From contig NC_057718.1 of assembly GCF_004010195.1 (NCBI RefSeq), positions 42,248,584-42,312,583 of the forward strand: 64,000 bases of DNA, given 5' to 3'. This stretch comes from Chiloscyllium plagiosum. Taxonomy: Eukaryota. Under the pieces are notes generated by a model that had not been told where the DNA came from, searched no databases, and saw only the letters and a program-made list of their open reading frames with translations. Positions 25,551-37,755 of the stretch are shown here, in pieces. A program made the translations under genes and the position numbers. How positions within the stretch are numbered: position 1 is the first letter of the stretch; every line of letters starts with the position of its first letter.

Positions 25551-27175
25551 ATAGAGTCACAGAGTCATTCTGGATGGAAACAGGTCCAACCAGTCTATGC
25601 TGACCATAATCCCAAACTAAACCTGCCCCACTTGCTTGCGCTTGGCCTATTATCCCTCCAATCATTTCTTATTCATGTACTTATCTGAATGTCTGGAAGT
25701 TTATTCCACACACAAACCACTCTCTGTGTAAAAAAAATTGTCCCTAAAGTCTTTTTAAAATCTTTCTCCTCTCACCATAAAAATATGCCCCCTCGTCTTG
25801 AAATTTCCCACCTTATGGAAAAGATACCTGCCATTCACCTTATACATACTCTCATGATTTTATAAGGTCATCCCTCAATCTTTTACGCTCCAATAAAAAA
25901 AAGACCCAGCTTATCTAGCCTGTCCCCATAACTCAAACCCTCCTTTCCATGCAACATCCTAGTTAATCTGTTCTGAACCTTCTCCAGCCTAATAATATCC
26001 TTCCTATAACAGGGCATCAAGACCTGGACACAGTACACCGGAAGCAGCCTCACCAACATTCTGTACAACCTCAACATAATGTCCCAACTCCTATACTCAA
26101 AGGACTGAGCAATGAAGGAAAGTGTGCTAAATGCCTTCTTAACCACCCTATCTATATGTGATGAAAACTCCAAGGTCTTTCTGTTCTACAATGTTAACCA
26201 AGGACCTACTTTTAATTATATGTCCTGTGTTTGTTTGTCTTACCAAAATATAATACCTCACCTTTATCCAAATTAAACTCCATCTGCCACTCTGCAGCCC
26301 ATTGACCCAATTGATCAAGATCTCTTTATAATCTTAGATAACCTCTTCACTGTCTGCAAAACCATTAATTTCGGTGTCATCCACAAACTTACTAACCAAG
26401 CCTTCTATATTCTCATTTAAATCATTTATATAAATGACAAACAAAAGTGTACCCAACACCAACCCTGCAGAACATTATTGGTCACAGGCGTCCAGTCCGA
26501 AAAGCAACTCTCCACCATCGTTCTCTTTCTTCTGCTGTTACAATTTGGAGGTGCCGGTGTTGGATGCGGGTGGACAAAGTTAAAAATCACACAACACCAG
26601 GTTATATTCCAACAGGTTTATTTGGAGGCACCAGCTTTCTAAGTGCTGCTCCTTCATCAGGTGGTTAGAAGCAGCGCTTCGAAAGCTGGTGCCTCCAAAT
26701 AAACTTGTTGGACTATAACGTAGTGTTGTGTGATTTTTAACTTCTTCTGTTAAGCCAGTTTTGTACACAATTGGCAAGCTCACCCTGAGTTCCATGTGAT
26801 CTAACTTTATTAATTAGTCTACCATGCAGAACCTTGACAAAGACTTCACTAAAGTCCAAGTAAACAATGTCTACTGCTCTGCCCTCGTTCTCAAAAAACT
26901 CATATCAAGTTTGTCAGACACAATTTCCCCACACAAAACCATGCTGACTATCCCTAATCATTCATTATCTCTCCAAATGCATATAAATCCTATCTTTCAG
27001 AATTATTTCCAACAACTTACCCACCATTGAAGTCAGATTCACAGGGCTATAGTTCCCAAGCTTCTCCTTACACCCCTTCTTAAACAAAGACATAACATTA
27101 GACACTCACCTGTCATCCAGCACCTCACCCATAGTTTTAGATGACACAAACATTTCTGAAAGGGGCCCCACAAAT
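25551..27175 (-). mobile_element. Diverged CR1 LINE, interrupted at 26541-26743
   Basis: ORF 25883..26173 KKAFSTLSFIAQSFEYRSWD; RT remnants to ~27170; ATAGAGTCACAGAGTCA tail. Confidence 0.92.
26541..26743. mobile_element. Penelope-derived fold-back (second family) with hammerhead motif
   Basis: ~70-bp arms AAGTTAAAAATCACACAACAC.. / ..GTGTTGTGTGATTTTTAACTT; minus strand CAC-CTGATGA-AGGAGC-AGC-ACTTA-GAAA-GCTG-GTG at 26629-26663; flanks CT(G/T)CTGTTA. Confidence 0.88.
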
Positions 27176-27204
27176 AGGTTTTCCCTGTCAACTCTATACA
27201 AGCC

Positions 27205-27732
27205 CCTTTTTTTTCTTTTTTTTCATTTGTTGCCCATCACTAATATGCCCTTGAGCTGACCAATTCAGAGGGCAATTAAGAGTCAATCACATTGCTGTGG
27301 GTCTGGAGTTACATGTAGGCCAGATCAGGTAATGATGATGGACTTCCTTCTGTAAAGGACATTTATGAATCAAATGAATTTTTATGACAACTCATGATAG
27401 TTAGCATGGTCACCATCAATGAAACAAACTTTGTGTTCCAGATTTATTAATTGAAATTCCACCAGATGCCGTGGTAGGATCCCAGAGTCTGAGACTGTGT
27501 GTCAGAATTACCAGGTAAAAACAATGACTGCAGATGCTGGAAACCAGAGTCTAGATTAGAGGGTGCTGGAAAAGCACAGCAGCTCAGGCAGCATCCGAGG
27601 AGCAGGAAAATCGACGTTTTGGGCAAATGTCCTTCATCGGATGCTGCCTGACTTGCTGTGCTTTTCCAGCACCACTCTAATCTAGTCTCTGAATTACCAA
27701 TCTAGTCACATTGCCAATAGGCTACCATCTTC
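27205..27732 (-). mobile_element. tRNA-headed SINE with LINE-type tail, interrupted at 27514-27690
   Basis: CACATTGCTGTGGGTCTGGAG...TTCCTTCTGTAAAGGACATT shared with 60140-60460 and (inverted) 49950-50030; tail TTTGTTGCCCATC shared with the 3' end of 58925-60615. Confidence 0.75.
27514..27690. mobile_element. Penelope-derived fold-back insertion
   Basis: Arms CTAGATTAGAG.GTGCTGGAAAAGCACAGCA / TGCTGTGCTTTTCCAGCACCACTCTAATCTAG; decayed hammerhead in the loop; GAATTACCA duplicated at 27505-27513 and 27691-27699. Confidence 0.88.
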
Positions 27733-27939
27733 CTAATCTGGGCTTGCTTGGCAATGTAGCTGACTCTAGATAACCTTGGACTAATTGTACATCCTTGCCC
27801 AACACATCTGGGCTCATTTGATAATTTTATTGACTGACAATAACAAGGCTGATTGCACATCTTCACCATTATTTTGTGTACCTCAATTAGGTTGCCTGCT
27901 AGCCTCTTCTATTCGAAGGAAAACAACATTAGCTTATCC

Positions 27940-28350
27940 AATATTTCTTCATTGTTGGAATTTTCAAGTCCTAGCAACATTCTTGTGAACCTACTTTGTA
28001 CGTTCTCTCTTCGCAATTATGTCCTTCTATAACTTGGTGATGAGAATTGTACATATAACTCCAGCAGTGGCCTAACCAGTGTATTTATGTAGGTCCAGCA
28101 TTATATCCTTGCATTTGCATTCAATACCTCATTCAATGAAGAGAAGTATCTCATGTGCCTTCTTTACCACCTTATTTATGTGTCTTGGCATCTTTAGAGA
28201 CCTGTGAACATGTATTCTTACTTACTCTGCTCTTTTCAATATTCTCCAGATATTTTCTATTCTTTCACTTTGTTTACCTTCCTCAAACACACAGCATCAT
28301 ACTGTCCTAGACTGCTCCACACACTTAACCAAGGTATCGACATTATCCTA
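27940..28350 (-). mobile_element. Old CR1 fragment
   Basis: AACTCCAGCAGTGGCCTAACCAGTGT and TGCCTTCTTTACCACC are reverse complements of CR1 ORF2 C-terminal motifs. Confidence 0.7.
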
Positions 28351-28914
28351 CAGCCAACAGCCATCCTTTTGGTTTGAATGATCAAATGAAACTATGGTTT
28401 CACAAAACTTCACCTCCTTATGGTTAGGTCGTGTTGGCTATTCAACAACACCATTGCAAAATGTGTAGAGAATCTTTTGGCCAACTTTCTTCCCATAATC
28501 CAAATTAATTGGTCATTCAGTTTGCTCACAATGTATATAAATCTGCCTTATTTACCAACATACACCCGTCAACTTAATAACACTTCAAAAATAATAACTT
28601 ATTTGTGAATGTCCTGAGTTGTAATAGAGCGCTTTAGAAATAGAAATGCTTTCTTTCTGTATCACTTTATAAAATAAACATCAAAATATTTAATGGGCTC
28701 ACTTTATTTGCACTTTTGCTAACAATGGATAATTCTCAGAAAATCAACAGTTTGTTGGTAAACACATCCAAACACCTTGGGGTCAATCTGAACCAAATTT
28801 TGTGTTGTGACACCTTGGACAAAAGGGCGTGCTATAGGGGAGTGGACATCTAAGCACATTTACTTATGTTTTTTTTGTCCCTGATAACATAATATGCTTT
28901 AACTAATAACAATG

Positions 28915-29088
28915 AATTTAAGGAAAAGATAGACAAATTTTTAATTAGTAACGGGTTGAAGGATTGTGGAGAGCAGGCAGAAAGTGGAGTTGAGGCTGAG
29001 ATGAGATCAGCCATGATCATATTAAACATTGGAGCCGCTTTGAAAGGCTGAATTGCTGACTCCTGCTCTTTGTCCTTATGTTCTTATG
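28915..29088 (+). mobile_element. Old CR1 3' UTR fragment
   Basis: AGATCAGCCATGATCATATT...ACTCCTGCTC...TTATGTTCTTATG tail. Confidence 0.75.
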
Positions 29089-29899
29089 CCATAAATACCC
29101 AACTTCTGTTCATATGTTCATTGTGTTTCTTTCTCATTTGTTATTTACTGCTTGTAAATTATGTTCTGAGGCACTAAATATTATTTCTTCATAAGGGGAA
29201 AGGACAGGCAGCATCCAGAGACAGAGAAGATGAAAAGACGAGAGCAAAAGCAAAGGACGTTGACAGAGACAGAAAATGCAAGTAAAAACCCAATACTGCT
29301 TAAGGATGCATTTGATTCTCACCCATAATTGTGAACTTTGATCAGAATATAATCTTGAAAGTTAATCAGAAATATGTCAATATTGTGGTATTAAAAGGTA
29401 CAGGAAAAAACAGCCATTTTCAAGGTGTTGTACAAATGACTGCCAATCTAAAATGAGCTTTTGCATGTTCTTACTGGAACAATAACAAAACTAAAACTCT
29501 TCATGAAAAATATCAGAAAATAAAACAGTGAGTAGAATCTCCAAACTACTTATTTTTATTGGATCAGAAGAACTTTTAATGTGGTTGATTGTGAAATATT
29601 TAATGACTCAAGAAACAGTGATAATGCAGACAATAAGACTGAAATTTTGTGTGTAATTCCACACATGTTGTTTTTGACACGGATGATGAAGTACTCAGAG
29701 TATTAACAAACTATTGAGGAAATAGGCGTGGAAGTAGATTTTAAGAGGGACATTGGAGATGTAGAGGTTAGTGGAAATCATATAGTGAAAGCTTACAACC
29801 CTAATACGAGTCAAGTAACCAAAGCAAATTAACAAAAACTAAATATAAAGAGAAATATAGAGCCAGATTTCCTGCTGAGTGGCAATCACAGATCACAGC

Positions 29900-31125
29900 T
29901 TAGAGTCATAGAGTCATAGAGATGTACAGCATGGAAACAGACCCTTCGGTCCAACCCGTCCATGCCGACCAGATATCCTAACCCAATTTAGTCCCACCTG
30001 CCAGCACCCGACCCATATCCCTTCAAACCCTTCCTATTCATATACCCATCCAAATACCTCTTAAATGTTGCAATTGTACCAGCCTCCACCACATCCTCTG
30101 GCAGCTCATTCCATACACGTATCACCCTCTGCATGAAAAAGTTGCCCCTTAGATCTCTTTTATATCTTCCCNNNNNNNNNNNNNNNNNNNNNNNNNNNNN
30201 NNNNNNNNNNNNNNNNNNNNNNNNNNNNNNNNNNNNNNNNNNNNNNNNNNNNNNNNNNNNNNNNNNNNNNNNNNNNNNNNNNNNNNNNNNNNNNNNNNNN
30301 NNNNNNNNNNNNNNNNNNNNNNNNNNNNNNNNNNNNNNNNNNNNNNNNNNNNNNNNNNNNNNNNNNNNNNNNNNNNNNNNNNNNNNNNNNNNNNNNNNNN
30401 NNNNNNNTACCTGCGACTCCACTTTCAAGGAGCTATGAACCTGCACTCCAAGGTCTCTTTTTTTCTGTAACACTCGCTAGGACCTTACCATTAAATGTAT
30501 AAGTCCTGCTAAGATTTGCTTTCCCAAAATGCAGCACCTCGCACTTATCTGAATTAAACTCCATCTGCCACTTCTCAGCCCATTGGCCCATCTGGTCCCG
30601 ATCATGTTGTAATCTGAGGTAACCCTCTTCACTATCCACTACACTTCCAACTTTGGTGTCATCTGCAAACTTACCAACTGTACTCCTTATACTCGCATCC
30701 AAATCATTTATGTAAATGACAAAAAGTAGAGGACCTAGCACTGATCCTTGTGGCACTCCACTGGTCACAGGCCTCCATCCAAAAAACAACGCTCCACCAC
30801 CACCCTCTGTCTTCTACCTTTGAGCCAGTTCTGTATCCAAATGGCTAGTTCTCCCTGTATTCCATGAGATCTAACCTTGCTAATCAGTCTCCCATGGGGA
30901 ACCTTGTCGAACGCCTTACTGAAGTCCATATAGATCACATCTACTACTCTGCCTTCATCAATCTTCTTTGTTACTTTTTCAAAAAACTCAATCAAGTTTG
31001 TGAGACATGATTTCCCCTGCACAAAGCCATGTTGACTATCCCCAATCAGTCCTTGCCTTTCCAAATACGTGTACATTCTGTCCCTCAGGCTTCCCTCCAA
31101 CAACTTGCCCACCACTGAGGTCAGG
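29900..31125 (-). mobile_element. Young 5'-truncated CR1 LINE spanning an assembly gap
   Basis: [61 protein letters not shown] tail. Confidence 0.96.
30172..30407. other. Assembly gap (N run)
   Basis: Run of N inside a CR1 copy. Confidence 1.
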
Positions 31126-32051
31126 CTGAGGTCAGGAGGGATCACGTCCAGCAGTCAGTGGATGATGTTGAGTTTGGTTTTGGGGAATGTTCAGTCCCAG
31201 GGTAGAAGGGGTGACAGATCGGGTTCTGGGAGCATTGGAGGTTTGAGACAAAATGTAGTTGAGGGTGAGTGAGGTAATTTGGAGATGGCAATCAAACTGT
31301 TGCCCAAAAGTCAGAATACTTGTTCAATTGTCTAAATTTTCCTGGGTAATTATTTAACTGCAGTGAAACCCTCAGAATTATCTGACTTAAATGGATTCTT
31401 TCAGAGAGTTCTAAGTATTGGGGAATTGTCTAGTTGAACCTTCAATATTCTGATAATTACTTCAAAGTTTGCTCTACTGGAGATTCTGTAAGGTTATATG
31501 TGCAACTCCCATCTACACTTCAGAAACAGGCATCTGGTTATTGGAAATTCAGGGACATTATTTGATCAAATAATGATTTTGATTATAATAATTTTATGTG
31601 AATGCAACTATTTATGTTTCATATTTATGAGCTTAACATTTTTCATTTAAATAATTGTATGTAAGGGTAATTAGATGTTCTGTTGGATGAAAACTCTTGA
31701 ATATGCAGTGTATATAATTGTAAAGTTAAAATCTTAGTTTATTACTCCTTTAAAACATTTTCTTTACCTTATTTTTAAAATGTTATATTTAACTTTCATC
31801 CCGTTATTTCTTGGATATAGGATGGGTAGCACCGCTTATTATTCAAGCTATTAAATAAGTCATGGTGCACAAATTTCCTGATAAGCTTGAAAGGAAGCAT
31901 TCTTATTTTGCTTTCAGTGATAACAATATTACCAAAACTGAAATACTGAAGTCAACAACTTGTCAATATAAACATATTTTATAGAAGGTGTTCTTAGAAG
32001 CAATTTGAGACATTTTACTACATTAAAGATTCTATATAAATATAAGTTGTT

Positions 32052-32280
32052 GCCAGCAGGATGCCATTCTTGCTACCCTACAGAGTTGCCAATTTCTATG
32101 TGGGTGGGATGAGTGACTGCAGTTGCACTTTCACACCCACCAACAGCCTGACCCCATTTCACAGGCTGCCCATACGACAGTGACGAATGCAATGGGCCCA
32201 TGAGAAGACCTTTAATAACTCACTGGCGACTTTGTCATTCATGAGTTATTAGGTCTTTCTCACTCATGGAATAAACTGGC
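32052..32280. other. Island of five consecutive hairpins (unclassified structured element)
   Basis: AGCAGGA/TCTTGCT; GTGGGTG/CACCCAC; CAGCCTG/CAGGCTG; GCCCAT/ATGGGC; long stem with TAATAACTCA/TGAGTTATTA; possible closing pair GCCAG/CTGGC. Confidence 0.7.
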
Positions 32281-33984
32281 TACTTCATTGTCCCTCTTGT
32301 GTATTCTCTATTTATTTTGACTGCTGAAAGAATCATAATTGTACAATGCAAAAACAAAGAATAGAAAGTTGGAAAATTATTTCAATGACAAAAGAACATT
32401 GAGATTAATGATTATTTGACAATCAATATGTAGTCATAAAGAAATGACTTTTCAGAGATAGATTCTGAATACTTGGCATTACTATTAACATTTCAGGTTA
32501 AACAACTCCTTGGAGCAAATAATGATCTCAAACAAAAACCTGTAAAACTTGGTGAATAGATGTTTAAGTAAATGTAAATAGAAATATAAATGTCTTAATT
32601 AACTATTGCAACATCTTGAAGAACTAGCAATGTAGAACATGTCCAACAGCCACAATCAGACAGCAATTATTTAATAAAAAATTCTAAATTAAGTGAAGAC
32701 TTTAACAGAAGGGTTATGACATAAAGGTGTGGTATTGTGTAAACAATAGATTTCTAGGAAGACTGCCAAATGTTAATTAAAGTGTATGTTGATTTTGCAA
32801 ATTACACCCTAGACACTTAGCTGGGGGTATTCTATAAACAGATTTAACCAACATGAAAAGGTGGAGTGTCAGAGGAGTTCTAAATACCATTGGGCTTGCT
32901 GATGCTGATGTTGATGCTCGAAGTAGACATTTCACAGGTTCACAAGTGAAAAACTAAACTTGTTTAACATTTTAAAATTAAAACTGGTTAGTTACCTTCG
33001 AAATACAGTTTATGTCTTGCATTGATTTTCAATAAGAATTTATTTCTTTGCATGTTACAAATGCTTTTATTTTGCTAAAATGAAACTGACCTGTGATCAT
33101 ATCTTATTAAATACTCCTAAACCAATCAGATTAATCATCAGATGGACTAATTTGTTGTAATTTTGTGTTCTTCTCAAGCATTTTGCTAGGAATCTTCTAA
33201 TAAAGGCAATTAGATTATCCAATTCAATATTTATATTTTCAAAAGAAGGAAACCTAATCTGGTGTTCTTGATTTTTCAGTATTTTAAATATTAAATTGTA
33301 AATAAATGTTACTAATAAAATGTTATTCAACATAACATGAAAATGTACATGTAAGATTTAAGCATTATTACTTGTACTGGTGTGACTTGGTGACTTAGAA
33401 GAACAACAGCAAGCTACTGATACAGCTCATTTAAAAGGAATGTAAACAAAATGGACTATTTCTGGCCAAGTTATTTAAATAATGAAATTTCTAAAATCAG
33501 ATTTATCACAACCTCAGTTGTGAAAATACATGTCTGTTCTTCATCATTGTCACCAATTTGCATGTTCTCAGCAATATGTTACTTTATGCACTTTACCTGG
33601 AACAAGCTTTTAGAACTAGAAATAGAACACATGCATCAGCTTCTGCAATGCAGAACAGAGGCAGGTCATCTTCCAAAAATTTACTTCTCAATAAACAAAG
33701 GAAACTAGACTTGAAATGATTTCTATACTGCTAAAATCCACAATAGGGTATTGATTTTGAGATGTTTCTGGTTATTCTGCTTTTTAGAACAGAGAAATGA
33801 AAATTTTGGGTAAAAAGGAAATATTTTGAAGTACACTGAAAGATCAAAAGACGCCACACACTCCATGTCTAAACTCTCTGAATAACATTCATGAATCATA
33901 ACTGTGAATCACTATAAATTAAAAAAACATAATCCCGTGTACAAAACTATTATGCTATTAGTAGCAAGACATTCTAAATTTGCA

Positions 33985-34290
33985 GAATTACTGCAGTGTG
34001 AAATAGGCCATTTGGCCCAACAAGTCCACACCGACTCTCTGAAGGGCATCCCACCTAGATTCACACTGAACCCCTGCATTTCCCATGGCTAATCCACCTA
34101 ATTTACATCCCAGGACACTGTGGGCAATTTAGCATGACCAATCCACCTAACCTGCATGAAACCTGAGCACCTGGAAGCCCAAGCAGGTACAGGGAGAATA
34201 TGCAAACTCCACATAGACAGTTACCCAAGGCTCGAATTGAACCCAGCAGTGGTGAGGCAGCACTGCTTAACACTGAGCCACCATACCACA
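33985..34290 (-). mobile_element. HE1-type V-SINE, internally deleted
   Basis: Minus strand GGTGGCTCAGTGTTAAGCAGTGCTGCCTCAC head, TGTGGAGTTTGCATATTCTCCC core, GGGCCAAATGGCCTATTTC tail. Confidence 0.88.
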
Positions 34291-34669
34291 CCAGTAAAGG
34301 AGCACCTCTGTTTCTGCCTGACTCTTCATCAGGGACCTTTCATGAATGAGGTGAATGTGATAACCACTACACTAGAGAAAATGACAATACATTCTCAATA
34401 CAAATGCAAGGACAATGTATCTTTTAACAAAAGTAAGTTTCCACCATATAAAATACGTAGTCATGAATAGCAAACAAACAATGGTCATACCACTCATGGG
34501 GACTAAGCCTCAATTTTGTTTGAATGATAATGGGTATTTAGCTGTATTTATTTTTTTTTACAGTTTTAAGTTAGACTCTGCTATGCCGATTACAAAAAAG
34601 TAACCGCTAAACTATGTTTGTAAACAAAATGTTAATAATGGTTGTATGATACAACCAAACTTGAATAAT

Positions 34670-35286
34670 ATTACTGAAAACAGAGCCACCGTGTTAAAGC
34701 TTTCCATCTTGCACTCATCAGGACAAATGCAAAAATATTGAATGTCAAATGATCACAACAACTTAAACTACAGGAGGAAAGGGCAATGATTGGTTGCTGC
34801 ATTAACTAATTGGCTCAGGCATTTCCATGGAGAAAGTGACAAGCAACTATAGGCTCCCCAAGTTCCTGCATAATTTAAAGGAAAGCAATCGGCTTTCCCT
34901 ATATTCCTTTCATTTGTAGAACAGCAAATTCCTTTCAATGCATGTATGCATTTCCAGGAAAGTATAAATGAGCCATATTACAAACTCAAACAATTATTTT
35001 ATATTGGCTGTTAGTGTTGGTATTAGCACAAGCTAGATTATTTAGCCTAATCGCAGAACCATGTGTAACAAAAGATGTTTTACTTTGGATTTTGCAAATG
35101 CTGAACTTGTGGAGCCAATAGTTTCCTGTGATTTCACTATGGCAAAACTTTAGCTAATTAGAGTTTACTTGCCTCTCTTTTCGTCCAGTATAACTTGTTG
35201 TGATCATTTCAAAATTTGCATTCTTACATATATTCTGGTAAGTGCAAAAAGAATAAGATTCAACAATACATTTTTCTCTTCAGCAA
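34670..35286. mobile_element. Old Penelope-derived element with inverted ends
   Basis: Minus strand GTC-CTGATGA-GTGCAAGATG-GAAA-GCTT at ~34697-34723; decayed inverted counterpart TTCTGGTAAGTGCAAAAAG at ~35233. Confidence 0.5.
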
Positions 35287-36204
35287 TAAAATATTATTAT
35301 GACAATTAATATGAAAACATTTAAGACTGATAAAAAATATCTAATTATCTTAAAATAAATTACTGTGTTAATATTATCCAAAAAAGACAGTAGCTTGCAG
35401 GGGGGCAATGTATTTCTATACTTCAACGGAATCAGTGCTCTTCTTTACAATGAATAATTATTTACCTTTTTAGATAATAAATCAGCTTTTGTGATGAAAA
35501 ATGCTTGTCAGCACTCTATGTCACTTAAAAGAAGTCATCAACGGAACTTAGAAATATATTAGAATATAGAATCTATTGGAATTAGATGCTATTGATTCTT
35601 ATGTTTGGATATTTTCTTCTCTCCCCAGCAGGAGTTGGCAAATTGTAGTGTTTTACCTCCTGCTTCCACCTGTAAGCTAGACAAAATTGGTTTGCTTCCA
35701 TGGTTACAATATCAGCATGTTTCCAATCTAAGTAATACCTTATGTAAAACACAAGCTACTGCTGTGTACCATTGTTTTAGCATTAAGTAGATTTTGACTT
35801 TTATCAGATATCTAATCCGCATCATTTTCCATTTCTACTTTGTTCTTTTTTCTCAAAATTATATATTATTATTATGATTTTAATCCTATTGTCTCTTTAG
35901 CAATAAAGAAAATGAATGTGTTTAAACTAACATTTGCGCAGTACTATTTATACATAGAAGAAACTATTATAAATATTAATGAATCGTTTTTAAAGCAATA
36001 AATCCATTTCGATATCTGATTATATTTAATCTGATGTTATGTTGCCTTTGCAAATCAACTTTAACTATCGAGTATAGCTGAGTATATATATTTTTAAAAA
36101 GCCAAGTTTAATTGTCAGTTTCAAAAACTCTTAATCTTGAAGAATGCCATTGACATAAGATAATTTGATTGTATACTTTAAATTCTAAATATGTCTATAT
36201 CTTT

Positions 36205-36395
36205 CAAACTTTTCCTCTATGGATGCGCACATTGCTGTCAAAGCTAGCAGTTGTTGTCCATTCCTAATTGCCCTTGAAAAGGTGAGCACATACTGGAACT
36301 GCAGCAGGTCATTTCTAAGTGCAGTGTTGTTAGGACGGGAATTTCAATTTGCCCCAGCAACAGTGAAAGAATGGTGATGTAGTTCAAAGTAAGGA
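36205..36395 (-). mobile_element. 3' fragment of the LINE family at 58925-60615
   Basis: TTGTTGTCCATTCCTAATTGCCCTTGAAAAGGTG matches that element's 3' end. Confidence 0.65.
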
Positions 36396-36830
36396 AGGTA
36401 TTGTGGACCCCATCAGATTATGTAATTGTGGAATAATTCAAATCTTAACATATAAATATGCTTTGAGAATAGAAGGTTGTTTTAATATTCTCAACTGAAT
36501 TTCCAGTTTGAGTATTCCATTTTTGAAATAAAGCAGAATAAATTCATAATCTAATGAAAGTTGAGCATTGCCTTTTTAAATTCAGAGAGGTGTATAGGTA
36601 TACAAATACTCATGAGAAAAACGGCATTCACACAAGACAGATTACAGTGCTAGGAATGCTAATTTGCACATGGGACAGACATCACCAAAAATTAATGTGG
36701 CCCCAATGTCCCAGAATATATAGAACTGATGCTGTGAGCCGGCTGCTGTAGTAACAGTTGCCATCCTGTTCAAATCGGAACAGTCCATCTTTCTTTCTTT
36801 TCAGCTCTATTTAAAACATTATATTTTTCC

Positions 36831-37002
36831 TCTAGTGGATTGCTTAGTGTGGTACCCCAGGAACACAGTCTGACACTGTTCTTCATACATAAAGGTAGAG
36901 ATTTGAATCCAGCCCAGGAGTTGGTGACAAAGGTCACCTCTTCCAAATAGCTGTTAAGAGCTTCCAGTGAAATGAGATCAGCCAACCTCTGTCAAAAATT
37001 CC
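36831..37002 (+). mobile_element. LF-SINE-like ancient tRNA-derived SINE relic
   Basis: Ordered blocks TGGATTGCTTAG, TTGAATCCAGCCCAGG, GTGACAAAGGTC, GCTGTT, GTGAAATGAG follow the 5' part of the LF-SINE consensus as I recall it. Confidence 0.6.
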
Positions 37003-37367
37003 AAATATATCACTCTGGTCTCTGACACTCCATATAGTGTAAGCAATTCACCACAGTAAGCATCAAAAAGCATCTATGTAGACTTTGAAGTATGTAACCT
37101 CCACTGAATTGAAACATAAGTGCCTCAGTCTATCACCTGTAAAGAAAAATTGTTAGATTGTCAGATAAATAATTGTGTTACTATTACTACTGTCTTTGTG
37201 TTCAGTTATCATGGGTCATACTGTTAGTTGAATTATAGGGGCCAATTTTAGACTCATTACATCTGAAAATGGTTGCCGACGGGATGTAATGATCTGTGAA
37301 ATTTGGCAGACATCAGTCCCAACTATCTCCGCCTATTTTCTGCCCAGTTCAAGTTTTTGATTTCTGG

Positions 37368-37755
37368 AGGCTTTAGCACATAATCTAAGCTGACAACTCA
37401 TTGTTCTACTGAGGGAGCACTGGACTATCAGAGGTGTCAACTTTCAAATGAGATGTTAAACAGATGCCCCATCTGTCCTTTTGGATAGTTCTAAAAGATC
37501 AAAAGGCACAATTTGAAGAAGAACAGGGGAGTTCTCTCCTGTTTCTAGCCAATATTTTTCCCTTAATCACATAACTAAAATAAACAGACAATCTGGTTAT
37601 TATCTCATTAGTTTTGTTGGATATTGATGCTCATGAATAAGGTGTCCTCCATTAAATATTTCAAAAGTATTAAGTTTACTGTAAACCACTTTAAGATATT
37701 ATGAGGTCATGAAAGCTGTTCTATTAATGTTATAAGCTATTACTCTTTATTTTTG
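37368..37755 (+). mobile_element. DeuSINE (SacSINE1/AmnSINE1-related), 5'-truncated
   Basis: TACTGAGGGAGCACT..GAGGTGTC..ATGAGATGTTAAAC..AAAAGATC..TTTGAAGAAGAACAGGGGAGTTCTC Deu-domain blocks; tail TGAGGTCATGAAAG. Confidence 0.85.

Noticed and set aside
29196..29281. Purine-rich possible plus-strand exon (GKGQAASRDREDEK...)
   Set aside because: Weak acceptor and donor, no partner exons, low-complexity peptide
35628..35671. Possible short plus-strand exon after ttttcttctctccccag
   Set aside because: Isolated, donor context CCT|gtaagc is moderate, and no homology recognised
36770..36985. 71-aa minus-strand ORF
   Set aside because: Antisense to the LF-SINE-like relic; no recognisable protein
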